Shown here one piece after another: positions 43,914 through 54,122 of a stretch of DNA of 64,000 nucleotides (position 1 is its first letter; each line of letters starts with the position of its first letter). The notes under the pieces were generated by a model. That model was not told the DNA's origin. It made no database searches and saw nothing but the letters and a program-made list of their open reading frames with translations. The translations under genes were made by a program, and so were the position numbers. This stretch comes from Gammaproteobacteria bacterium (lineage in GTDB: Bacteria; Pseudomonadota; Gammaproteobacteria; G965277405), in contig OZ255726.1 of assembly GCA_965277405.1 (NCBI GenBank), forward strand, positions 992,001-1,056,000, written 5' to 3'.

Positions 43914-45160
43914 AGCAAAGGTTGGTATATGCTCTGTTTTTAGGGTGGAGATACACACGCTCAAAAAGGCGCAATCAGTTCGTTTCGTTTATAGCAATGG
44001 TGTCGATGCTAGGGATTATGCTTGGGGTAAGCGTGTTAATCGTGGTGTTGTCAGTAATGAACGGCTTTGAAAAAGAGCTGAAGAATCGCATTTTAGGTGC
44101 TATTCCTCATGTTAAGATAAGTGCACAGCAACCGTTATCTGCTTGGCGGCTAAAACAACAGAAATTAATAGCAAACAATCATGTATTAGCCGCGGCACCG
44201 CTTACGGAAATTCAAGCGATGTTGGCACATAACGGGCATGTGGCTCCTGCTGTTATCAATGGTATTGCGCCAGCACTTGAAGCACAATTGAATGTTGTCA
44301 GTGGTTTTTTTTTGAAGGGAGCGCTTGCAGATTTAGTGGCTGGGGAATATTCAATAATTCTTGGAGATTTGCTTGCAGCCAAAATTCGCGCCCGTGTCGG
44401 CGACGCAATAACCATGATCTTACCAGAAGCTACGTTGAGTGCGGTCGGTGTTGTGCCGCGGTTAAAACGTTTTCGAGTAACTGGTGTTTTTTCTTTAGGA
44501 GCTGAACTTGACGAGGTGGTCGGGTATATCCATATAGCTGATGCGGCAAAGTTAAAACGCTATAGAGAAGGACAGGTACAGTCGTTGCGTTTACAAGTTG
44601 ATGATATATTTCAGGCAAAAAAAATAAGTATAGAAGCCGTGAATCAGCTACAAGGTAGCTACCGTATTCAAGATTGGACACAGCAATATGGTAATTTATT
44701 CAAATCGATTCAGATGGAAAAGCGTTTGGTTGGCTTATTGCTGTTTTTAATTATTACTGTTGCTGCTTTTAATATGTTATCGACGCTGGTTATGACCGTC
44801 AATGATAAAAAAAGTGACATTGCCATATTACGAACCTACGGCGCACCAATCAGTTTTGTTATTGCGGTATTTGTTGTTCAAGGTACTTTAGTGGGGTTGT
44901 TTGGGGTCGGTGTCGGCGTGGGTTTGGGGCTGGTTGTTGCCAATAATATTAGTGAAGTTGTTGCAGTGATCGAGCAAATATTGCAAATGCAGTTTTTAAG
45001 CACGGAAACATATTTTATTAGTTATTTCCCAAGTGATGTACAAAGCGAAGATGTAATTTATATTGCCGCAGTTTCAATGACGTTATGTGTGTTATCGACA
45101 ATTTATCCCGCAATTCGTGCGGCAAAAGTACAGCCGGTCGAAGCACTGCGTTACGCATAA
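43910..45160 (+). CDS. Lipoprotein-releasing ABC transporter permease (LolC/E/F family)
   Basis: VLSVMNGFE, VAAFN, DIAILRT, YPAIRAAKVQPVEALRY. Confidence 0.95.
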   Translation: MKQRLVYALFLGWRYTRSKRRNQFVSFIAMVSMLGIMLGVSVLIVVLSVMNGFEKELKNRILGAIPHVKISAQQPLSAWRLKQQKLIANNHVLAAAPLTEIQAMLAHNGHVAPAVINGIAPALEAQLNVVSGFFLKGALADLVAGEYSIILGDLLAAKIRARVGDAITMILPEATLSAVGVVPRLKRFRVTGVFSLGAELDEVVGYIHIADAAKLKRYREGQVQSLRLQVDDIFQAKKISIEAVNQLQGSYRIQDWTQQYGNLFKSIQMEKRLVGLLLFLIITVAAFNMLSTLVMTVNDKKSDIAILRTYGAPISFVIAVFVVQGTLVGLFGVGVGVGLGLVVANNISEVVAVIEQILQMQFLSTETYFISYFPSDVQSEDVIYIAAVSMTLCVLSTIYPAIRAAKVQPVEALRYA

Positions 45161-45852
45161 TGACTATACAAGCTAATAATGTGTGCAAATCATTTATCGT
45201 TGGTGGTGAACAAATACGGGTATTAACAAACACTTGTTTTGTTTTGGAGCGAGGAAAACGCGCCGCAATTATTGGTCGATCTGGTTCAGGAAAATCAACA
45301 TTACTATCATTGTTGGGAGGTTTAGACACATGCGACCAAGGAGAAATTTGGTTAGATGGTCAGCCTCTTCATACGATGGGTCAACGCGCGTTGACGGAGA
45401 TCCGTAATAATAAACTTGGGTTTGTGTATCAAATGCACTATTTATTATCAGATCTGACTGCAGTAGAAAACGTCGCGTTACCGCTATACTTAGCGAAGGA
45501 CACTGTTAAGAATATTGCATCACGGGCGAGTACGATGCTTAAAAAAGTTGGACTATCTCGACGGCTGCAGCATACGCCAGCGCAATTATCTGGCGGTGAG
45601 CGCCAGCGTGTGGCGATTGCGCGGGCATTAGTGAATAATCCAAGTTGTGTGCTACTTGATGAACCAACGGGTAATTTAGACGCACAAGCGGCTGCGGACA
45701 TTGAAGAATTACTTGTTGAATTGACGTTCAGTCAAAACACATCTTTTGTTTTGGTAACACACGATCTACAAATAGCAAAAAGAATGGATGAAGTCCACGA
45801 ACTAAAGCAAGGCGTGTTGACGCAAGTTGCTGTTGATAAAATGAGCAAATAA
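45160..45852 (+). CDS. lolD: Lipoprotein-releasing ABC transporter ATPase
   Basis: GRSGSGKSTLL, RNNKLGFVYQ, LSGGERQRVAIARA, DEPTGNLD; TAATG-coupled to the permease. Confidence 0.93.
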   Translation: MTIQANNVCKSFIVGGEQIRVLTNTCFVLERGKRAAIIGRSGSGKSTLLSLLGGLDTCDQGEIWLDGQPLHTMGQRALTEIRNNKLGFVYQMHYLLSDLTAVENVALPLYLAKDTVKNIASRASTMLKKVGLSRRLQHTPAQLSGGERQRVAIARALVNNPSCVLLDEPTGNLDAQAAADIEELLVELTFSQNTSFVLVTHDLQIAKRMDEVHELKQGVLTQVAVDKMSK

Positions 45853-45879
45853 AGGGCGAGTATTCTCGCAATACCAATA

Positions 45880-45907
45880 TTGTCATTCGTCATACAGTCG
45901 CTATGAT
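45880..45907 (+). promoter_or_regulatory. Sigma70-like promoter of tRNA-Lys
   Basis: TTGTCA-N16-TATGAT just upstream of the tRNA. Confidence 0.55.
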
Positions 45908-45923
45908 AGTGGTTGTTTGTATG

Positions 45924-45999
45924 GGGTCGTTAGCTCAGTTGGTAGAGCAGTTGGCTTTTAACCAATTGGTCGCAGGTTCGAATCCTGCACGACCCACCA
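45924..45999 (+). tRNA. tRNA-Lys(UUU)
   Basis: GGGTCGTTAGCTCAGTTGGTAGAGC..CTTTTAA..GGTTCGAATCC..CGACCCACCA, 76 nt with encoded CCA. Confidence 0.98.
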
Positions 46000-46023
46000 C
46001 TTAAATTTCACCGATATAACTCC

Positions 46024-47070
46024 ATGGAATTGCGCGCAGATATTATTTCTCGGCGCATTGAACAGCAACTGCAGTATATTTCTCAGGCACCAGTGCGAGG
46101 ATCACTGGCATACCAACAGCAGTTAGAGCAGGAAATTACGACGTTGCTTAAGCAACGAGATGCTGTACTAATAGCGCACTATTATGTTCATGAGAGTCTC
46201 CAAGCACTTGCTGATAAAACGGGTGGGTTTGTTGGTGATTCACTACAAATGGCAAGATTTGGCGCGCAGCATACCGCGTCAACTGTCGTTGTTATAGGGG
46301 TGCGTTTTATGGGAGAAAGCGCAAAAATAATATCTCCAGAGAAGAGTGTTGTAATGCCAACGCTTGCAGCAGAATGTTCGCTTGACATCGGTTGCCAGCC
46401 CGATGAGTTTCGCCAGTGGCGAGCACAATATCCCCAACACAAAGTTGTTGTGTATGCAAACACCTCTGCCGCCGTAAAGGCACAAGCAGACTGGGTTGTT
46501 ACCTCAAGCAATGCGGTGAAAATTATTGAACACCTAGACAGCCTAGGAGAAAAAATAGCATGGGCACCAGACGTAAATTTGGGTAAATACGTCGCCAAGC
46601 AAACAGGAGCAGAAATGGTGCTATGGCCAGGAACATGCGTTGTTCATGATGAGTTTCGCTATCAAGGACTACTACAATTACGTGCTGTTTATCCCGATGC
46701 GGCAATACTTGCACACCCAGAGTCACCTGAAAGCATATTAGAAATTGCAGATTTTGTTGGCTCAACGGCACAAATGATTCAAGCGGCAGTTAGTTTAAAA
46801 CAAACAAAATGTATTGTTGCCACAGATAAAGGAATTTTTTATAAAATGCAGCAACAAGTACCAGATAAACAATTAATAATTGCCCCAACAGCAGGCGAAG
46901 GAGCCACATGTAAAAGCTGTGCGAGTTGCTTGTGGATGCAACTTAATTCACTAGAAAATTTGCAAGCGGTTTTGTGCAGCGATTATGATAATAACAGAAT
47001 AGAGGTTGATGAAGCTATTCGCATTAAAGCATTACTACCACTTACCCGCATGCTGAATTTTGTCGAATAA
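46024..47070 (+). CDS. nadA: Quinolinate synthase
   Basis: [39 protein letters not shown]. Confidence 0.97.
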   Translation: MELRADIISRRIEQQLQYISQAPVRGSLAYQQQLEQEITTLLKQRDAVLIAHYYVHESLQALADKTGGFVGDSLQMARFGAQHTASTVVVIGVRFMGESAKIISPEKSVVMPTLAAECSLDIGCQPDEFRQWRAQYPQHKVVVYANTSAAVKAQADWVVTSSNAVKIIEHLDSLGEKIAWAPDVNLGKYVAKQTGAEMVLWPGTCVVHDEFRYQGLLQLRAVYPDAAILAHPESPESILEIADFVGSTAQMIQAAVSLKQTKCIVATDKGIFYKMQQQVPDKQLIIAPTAGEGATCKSCASCLWMQLNSLENLQAVLCSDYDNNRIEVDEAIRIKALLPLTRMLNFVE

Positions 47071-47111
47071 ACAACGGTATATTTACAACCGACATTGCCA
47101 CATATATAGCT

Positions 47112-47803
47112 ATGGTCGCATCATTAACTAGTCGTCAGAGTTGTTGTTTGTTTATATTAGTTGCGGTGTGCATCCCGTCGCCACATGCCATCGAAGTTGC
47201 GCTAGGATTTGGGGTGTCAGAGAAAAGCAGCAGCGGCTCGGTTTTTTCTGCTATTAGTTCGACAGTTAATTATTCGGTTACGAGTGAAAAATCAGCGGCC
47301 CCTTCAATATCGTTGACTGCAAGTGAGCATTATATTTATCGACGCTTCGGGATGCTTGCAGAGGCGTTTCTTACTAGTTATGATGTAAGCATTCAATCCG
47401 CTAGTGTAACAATAGACGGAGTACCGTTTGCAAGTAACATACAAGGGAGCAATGTGGATACTATTCCAATATTTTATTATCGACTTGGAGATAAGTTTGA
47501 CAAAGGTGCGCGTGGTTGGAAGTTTACCTTGGGTTATGGCTACGGTATCGGCTGGTTAAGTGCCAAAGGACAATGTTTAATCCCTAGCTCCAAAAGACCA
47601 AGCAAAGTACAACCCATATATGTTGCTGGAAATAATGCAAATGTTGCGGTTGGTTATCTTGTTAGGTTAGATATTAGCAGGGTTTTTTTCATATATCTAA
47701 CATAAGCGCCGAGAAAATATTTATTAAAAGCGCAGCAGATCAAAACAATATTAGCATAGTCACTGCGTCGACAGGACACAAAGTAAAATTTAATGTTTTC
47801 TAA
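47112..47803 (+). pseudogene. Putative small beta-barrel outer-membrane protein, frameshifted in a T7 tract (47683-47689)
   Basis: Signal-like N-terminus and beta-strand pattern (WKFTLGYGYGIGWL). As written it stops at 47705; one more T extends it to ...TGHKVKFNVF*, ending in Phe. Confidence 0.5.
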
Positions 47804-50800
47804 TATACACATTGCTCAAAACATTGAGCAGAATTCTTTGTTGTTTATATACATATATGAAGGAATACAGCACCAGCAATTATTAACGTTGCTCGGCGCA
47901 CAACCAATTCAAGTTAAGCAAATTATTGGAGCGGTGATCGTACCGCGACAAGGTTGGCAAACCCCATGGCGCAGTAAAGTAATGGATATTTGCAACGGGT
48001 GTAACATTACTGGCTTACGGGCAATTGAACAGGCGACTGTGGTACAGAATTACCAAAGCGCAACACAGCAATATGATCGAATGAGTCAAGTGGTGCTAAC
48101 TTCGATTGAGGAGCTAGACGATTATTTTGCAACACCAACTGTAACGCCAACAGCAAGTATTGCAGATATAGCCGTGTTCAACAACAACAAACGGATTAGG
48201 CTTAACAGCTAAAGAGGTTGAGTATTTGCAATTACAATATGGAAAACGCCTGCCGACAGCAATTATACCAATTATAGTAACGGCACAGAATCAGCCTACT
48301 ACGATAATGCTGCTGTATTTACAGGCGCAGAGGGTAGGCACTTGCATAGCAATAATTACCATGAATATGTGTTGTCACAGCAAAAAGCACACTTTATTGC
48401 CAAGGTTGAAACCCATAATCATCCAACCGCAATTTCTCCGTTTGCAGGAGCTGCAACTGGAGTTGGAGGAGAACTCCGTGATGAAGGTGCCACAGGCGTT
48501 GGTGGCACACCTGTGATGGGGCTAGCTGGTTTTAATGTGTCACATTTATTACTCGATAATCTGCCAGAGTCATGGGAACAAGACATTGGCAAGCCTGCTA
48601 CAATATGTAGTGCGCAGCGCATCATGCTAGAAGGTCCAATAGGCGCAGCAAATTATAATAATGAGTTTGGCCGCGCCAACACATTGGGCTACTTCCGTGT
48701 GTTGTTATCCAGACACCGTGATCAGTGGTACGGCTATCATAAACCAATTATGCTTGTCGGTGGTATTGGTCACATTCAGGCAAGGCATGTTCATAAATCT
48801 GCAGTTAAGGCAGGTCATGGCTTATTCGTTTTAGGTGGACCAGCGTTACTTATTGGGCTTGGTGGTGGTTCGGCATCATCACGGCTACAACACGAAGCAA
48901 CAGCAGCATTAGATTTTGCCTCTGTGCAACGAGATAATCCAGAAATGCAGCGGCGCTGCCAACAGGTGCTCGCTAGCTGCAGCAGCGCAGCACACAATCC
49001 AATTACGTTTATTCATGATGTCGGCGCTGGCGGCTTATCAAACGCCTTACCTGAATTACTCGCCGATAATAACCTTGGCGGGATTATTAATATTGATGCT
49101 ATTCCTCGTGCTGATGAATCATTATCACTAATGGAGCTGTGGTGTAACGAAGCGCAAGAACGCTATGTGCTATCTATGGCACCAGCACACGAAGAGTTGT
49201 TTTTGCATATTTGTCAACGGGAACGCTGCCCCGTTGCACGCGTTGGCTTTACTACAGCAGATCAGCAGATACGTTTTCAGTCAGCAGCAAAGGATATTGT
49301 AACTACGCCGCTTAATACCTTGTTTGGTTATACAGGCAATGAGCCAATTCAGATGCAGGCTATTTGTAGGCACAATAATCACGAACCGGTGCTAGCTGAC
49401 TTTAATTCGCTAGCAATTAAAGTGCTGCGTCATCCAAGTGTTGCGAGCAAACAATTCTTGATAACCATAGCAGACAGAACAATTGGTGGGCAGATTGTGT
49501 GTGAACAAATGGTTGGTGCATATCAAACACCAATCAACAATGCTGCCGTCTGTCGTGCAGATTGGCAAAGCGATCAAGGTCAAGCTATGGCGATTGGCGA
49601 ACGTCCAGCACTGGCGTTGATCGATGTTGCGGCAGCGATGAGAATGACACTCGCCGAAGTAATTACAAATTTTTCTGGCTGTGATATTGAAAAACTTTCA
49701 GATATTAAACTATCCGCAAACTGGATGGCGGCTATTGGAGTTGATGAAGAAAACACACCGTTATATGAAGGAGTAACAGCAGTTACTGCAGCGTGTAAAG
49801 AACTCAATATTACAATTGCTGTAGGGAAAGACTCGCTGGCAATGAAAAGCCAATGGAAAAAAAACAAAACGCTGCATCAAGTGACATCACCATTGACATT
49901 GGTATTGAGTGGATTTGTACAAATAGCCAATATATATAAATGTGTGCAACCTGTTATAACTGCAGGCCTACCATTGCTGCTGTTGCATTTTGGTCAACAA
50001 CGCCTCGGCGGTAGTATTGCTTTACAGTGCCAAAATGCGCTAGGCAACACGCCACCCGATATACAGGCATTGCAAATCAAGCAATTATTTGCTGTGTGCA
50101 AATTTGCCCGACCGTTTACGCTAGCGTGTCATGACCGCAGCGATGGTGGGGTATGGGCAACACTCTGTGAAATGGCATTTGCTGCCCGACTGGGTATAAC
50201 GATTAGCTGTGCTGGTGATGTTTGCAGATTTTTGTTGAATGAAGAAGTTGGTGTTGTGATACAAATTCAAGCTGACAAACAGGCAGCGTTGCAAAAATTT
50301 GCTGTGGCACAAAATGTATCCGTTACCCAACTAGGGCTGCCAACAACGGCCCATGCTAATATTGTGGTGCGGGCAGATGATGAAGAACACGTGTTTGATG
50401 CTGGTGAATTATTTGCAGATTGGCGCGCAGTTAGTCAGGCAATGGTCAGCAAGAGAGATGATGCAGACATTGCCAAACAAGAACAGCAGCAATTGAATAA
50501 CTGGCAACAAGCTCTTGTTATACAACATGTTGGTTATTCAGCTGCTGCAATTCAAAACAAAATACACAGCACATCATCCAAGCCGCGGGTTGCCATCTTA
50601 CGCGAACAAGGGACGAACGGACATAGAGAAATGGCACTAGCATTTATCCAAGCTGGCTGTATTGCGGTTGATGTGCATATGACTGATTTACAATCTGGCA
50701 GACAAACCCTCGATGCGTTTCAGGGATTGGTTGCCTGTGGTGGGTTTTCGTATGGTGATGTGCTCGGTGCAGGGCGTGGGTGGGCGGCGTCGATTTTGCA

Positions 50801-51350
50801 TGATGTACAACTGCGCGAAATGTTCAAAAGCTTTTTTCATCGACCAACAACCTTAACTCTTGGCGTTTGCAACGGGTGTCAAATGTTGGCACAGTTACGC
50901 TCATGTATTCCAGGCGCCGGTCATTTTCCTGTTTTTAAGCGCAATGCGTCGCAGCAATATGAAGGAAGAACTGCAAATGTACGTATAGCGCATAGCCCAT
51001 CGATTTTACTGCAAGATATGCAAGATACTATTTTACCAGTGCCGGTGGCACACGGCGAAGGGCGGATTACTGTTGCAATACCCAACGCGGTAACCAGCAT
51101 GGTTTGGGCAGATCATAACAGCAAGCAAACGCAGCTATACCCGTATAATCCAAATGGATCAATCCACGGCGTTGCTGGGCTGTGTTCAGAGGATGGACGC
51201 ACCACAATTATGATGCCGCACCCGGAAAGAATGTTTTTAGCGAGTCAGCAAACGTGGTTGGCTCCCCAACAGCGCCAGGAATTTGATAAAAAATTTGCAC
51301 CATGGCTGATGATGTTCGCAAATGCAAAACATTGGTTACAGCAACGATGA
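47793..51350 (+). pseudogene. purL: Large-type FGAM synthase, disrupted near the 5' end
   Basis: N-terminal part (VPRQGWQTPW, YDRM), a middle piece in another frame (GLGLTAKEVEYL..RLPT), SEHCRHK segment absent, then SAYYDNAAV, KVETHNHPT, HDVGAGG, GGFSYGD, GVCNGCQ, MPHPER. Confidence 0.85.
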
Positions 51351-52039
51351 CCATCTCACCCCATGATGCTGTATTTGCACGAGTGGCTAAGCTAAGTAAA
51401 GTCGCGCGTAAACAATTTTCTATGAGCTTCCCTACCCCCCATGTTGTTTTTAATTTACGCGGAAAGACAGCAGGACTTGCGTATCCAGACAGGCATGAAA
51501 TTCGTGTCAACCATGAAATGATGGAACTCAATGGCAAAGATTTTGTTAAGACAGTGATAGCACATGAGTTAGCGCACCTCGTTGCATTTCGTAAATATGG
51601 TAGAAACATTCGCCCACACGGAATTCAATGGCAACAAGTAATGCATGTTTTTGGTTGTTCTGCAGATCGCACCCATCACTATGCTATTGCCAGCCAGCGA
51701 CAACAGCGGCGGTATTATTACAAGTGTGGTTGTAAGGGAATGCATACATTATCATGCGTTCGCCATAACAGATCAACAAACGGAGCCAAGTATAGCTGTA
51801 GGAAGTGTAAACAGCTGCTGACGTTTGTCAGCCCCATTGTTGCAAAACCCACAGCGCAGCCAAAAAGTATATCTACATGCTATCAGTGCGGAGCACAGCA
51901 AGAAATGCTGACAACGAAAAGCACTAAGGGCATATCAGAGATATTGTGTGAGCAATGCGCGGCTAAATTGCCAGAGCAGCCAAGCGTAAGCGATGACACA
52001 AATGACGATAGTCCACCCGGTCAGTTGTCATTATTTTGA
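51347..52039 (+). CDS. sprT: SprT-family zinc metalloprotease with an extra Zn ribbon and C-terminal QLSLF
   Basis: LRGKTAG, HELAHL, PHGIQWQQVM, YKCGC..RHN..YSCRKC; ATGA overlap with the purL stop. Confidence 0.92.
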   Translation: MTISPHDAVFARVAKLSKVARKQFSMSFPTPHVVFNLRGKTAGLAYPDRHEIRVNHEMMELNGKDFVKTVIAHELAHLVAFRKYGRNIRPHGIQWQQVMHVFGCSADRTHHYAIASQRQQRRYYYKCGCKGMHTLSCVRHNRSTNGAKYSCRKCKQLLTFVSPIVAKPTAQPKSISTCYQCGAQQEMLTTKSTKGISEILCEQCAAKLPEQPSVSDDTNDDSPPGQLSLF

Positions 52040-54102
52040 ATCATTCGCAACAATCGATTGCACAGCAATCAATTATGAACTTAACAGGAATTGGTGAAAA
52101 AACAGCAGCTGTATTGGCGGTAATGGGGATTGAGCAAATTCAAGATTTATGGTTTCACTTGCCAATACGTTATCAAAATAAAACGGCAGCCATACCAATA
52201 GCAACTTTAACAATGGATGATGAGTATTTGATACAAGGGGAAGTTGTTAGCAGTAACGCACAGACGAACCGGCGCGTCCAACATGTGCTAGTAATCAAAG
52301 ACACAAGCGCTAGTGCACAGGTTCAGTTTTTTCATATTTCAAGTGCGCAGCGTACGCTGTTTGCAGTCGGTAGGACAATTCGTTGTTTTGGCAAGGTTGG
52401 ATATTTTATACATAGCCAGCCAGTGTTGGTGCATCCAGAGATTGAGATAAGTGAATACACGCCATTACCAGCTAAATTGACGCCAGTATATCCATTAACC
52501 AAAGGCATTACTCAATTTAAAATGCGTAGATATGTGGCACAAGCACTGGCATGGGTCGACGCACACGCACTTGAAGATGTCGTTGGTAAATTCAACCGTA
52601 GCGCAGATACAGACCCCCCTTTGCACCAACATTTACAACAGCTGCATTTTCCTAATGTCATCGATGATATTGATTCAATTGATGCGAAAATACATCCAAG
52701 TGTATTACGCTTGGCATTAGATGAATTGACAGCTCATCAAATTAGAACGAATAGGTTGCGGTGCCAGCAACGCAATAACCAAGCTGTGGCATTTCGTCAA
52801 CATGCAAATATTAAGGAGTGTATCGCAGCACTGCCGTTTTCATTAACTACAGACCAATTGCGAGCATGGCAAAGTATTGCTGCAGATTTATCAAAAACAA
52901 AGCCAATGTGGCGGTTGCTACAAGGTGACGTTGGCAGTGGTAAAACAATAGTAGCAACGTTGGCGTGTATATTGGCTGCGGCAAATACGGCGCAAGCAGT
53001 TATCATGGTGCCAACAGAGATATTAGCCGAGCAGCATTATTTGCGGATACAGCCGCTGTTATGTAAAATGGGGTTTGCTACGGTATTGTTGACTGCGAAT
53101 ATTCCTCGACGTGAGCGGACTATTAAAGCAATAGCCAGCGGGGCGGCGCAATGCGTGATAGGAACGCAGGCATTATTACAACCGCGAGTCAGCTATCATA
53201 AATTGTGTTTGGTGATTATTGATGAACTCCATCGATTTGGTGTTGAGCAGCGCCAACAACTGCTTACCAAAGGCAAGGACGTCACCCCGCATCAACTGAT
53301 TATGAGCGCAACACCGATCCCGCGGACGTTGGCAATGGCACAATTTGGCGATATTACCGTAAGTGAAATTCATCAATTACCACCTGGACGCAAAACAATA
53401 CAAACTGCATTAGTACACCAAAATAAACGCAGGCAAGTGATTGAGCGTAGTCACAAGCTGTGTCAAGGCGGGCAGCAAGTGTTTTGGGTTTGTCCATTGA
53501 TTAGCGAGAATGAAGACCTTAACTGTCAAGCAGCTGAAAAAGTATTTCAAGAATTGTGCGTCAAACTGCGACCATTGCGCGTTGGTTTGCTGCATGGTCA
53601 AATGCAAGCGGCAGCGAAGCAGGCACAAATGACCGCGTTCGTCCAGCATTCAATCGATGTGCTCGTTGCCACCACAGTGATTGAAGTTGGCGTTGATGTG
53701 GCAAATGCGACATTGATGATTATAGAGAACCCTGAGCGACTCGGCTTGTCGCAATTGCATCAGTTGCGCGGGCGGGTTGGTCGTGGAGGTACTGCCAGCA
53801 ATTGTGTATTATTATATGGCAATAGTATCGGAAAAAACGCGAGTGAACGATTACAAATCATGCGAAAAAATTCAGATGGCTTTGCTGTTGCCCGCCATGA
53901 TTTACGCATGCGGGGATTAGGAGACATAGTTGGACGACAACAATCAGGGGTTATTCAAGGTAAAGTAGCAGACTTGCAAATACATAGTCTGCTGATTCGA
54001 AAAGCGGCAACGCTAGCGGTAGCTATGGAACGACAATCACCGTTGAGCGCTGATACATTACTACAACGCTGGTACCACCATAGCGGTTTGCAGCAAAGCT
54101 AG
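52036..54102 (+). CDS. recG: ATP-dependent DNA helicase RecG
   Basis: RLLQGDVGSGKT, PTEILAEQH, IDELHRFG, MSATPIPRT, QLHQLRGRVGRG. Confidence 0.97.
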   Translation: MNHSQQSIAQQSIMNLTGIGEKTAAVLAVMGIEQIQDLWFHLPIRYQNKTAAIPIATLTMDDEYLIQGEVVSSNAQTNRRVQHVLVIKDTSASAQVQFFHISSAQRTLFAVGRTIRCFGKVGYFIHSQPVLVHPEIEISEYTPLPAKLTPVYPLTKGITQFKMRRYVAQALAWVDAHALEDVVGKFNRSADTDPPLHQHLQQLHFPNVIDDIDSIDAKIHPSVLRLALDELTAHQIRTNRLRCQQRNNQAVAFRQHANIKECIAALPFSLTTDQLRAWQSIAADLSKTKPMWRLLQGDVGSGKTIVATLACILAAANTAQAVIMVPTEILAEQHYLRIQPLLCKMGFATVLLTANIPRRERTIKAIASGAAQCVIGTQALLQPRVSYHKLCLVIIDELHRFGVEQRQQLLTKGKDVTPHQLIMSATPIPRTLAMAQFGDITVSEIHQLPPGRKTIQTALVHQNKRRQVIERSHKLCQGGQQVFWVCPLISENEDLNCQAAEKVFQELCVKLRPLRVGLLHGQMQAAAKQAQMTAFVQHSIDVLVATTVIEVGVDVANATLMIIENPERLGLSQLHQLRGRVGRGGTASNCVLLYGNSIGKNASERLQIMRKNSDGFAVARHDLRMRGLGDIVGRQQSGVIQGKVADLQIHSLLIRKAATLAVAMERQSPLSADTLLQRWYHHSGLQQS

Positions 54103-54122
54103 AGATAACAAGAGGAAATACC

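Noticed and set aside
45924-47803. Integrative element at tRNA-Lys
   Set aside because: nadA follows immediately; no integrase or duplicated tRNA 3' end seen
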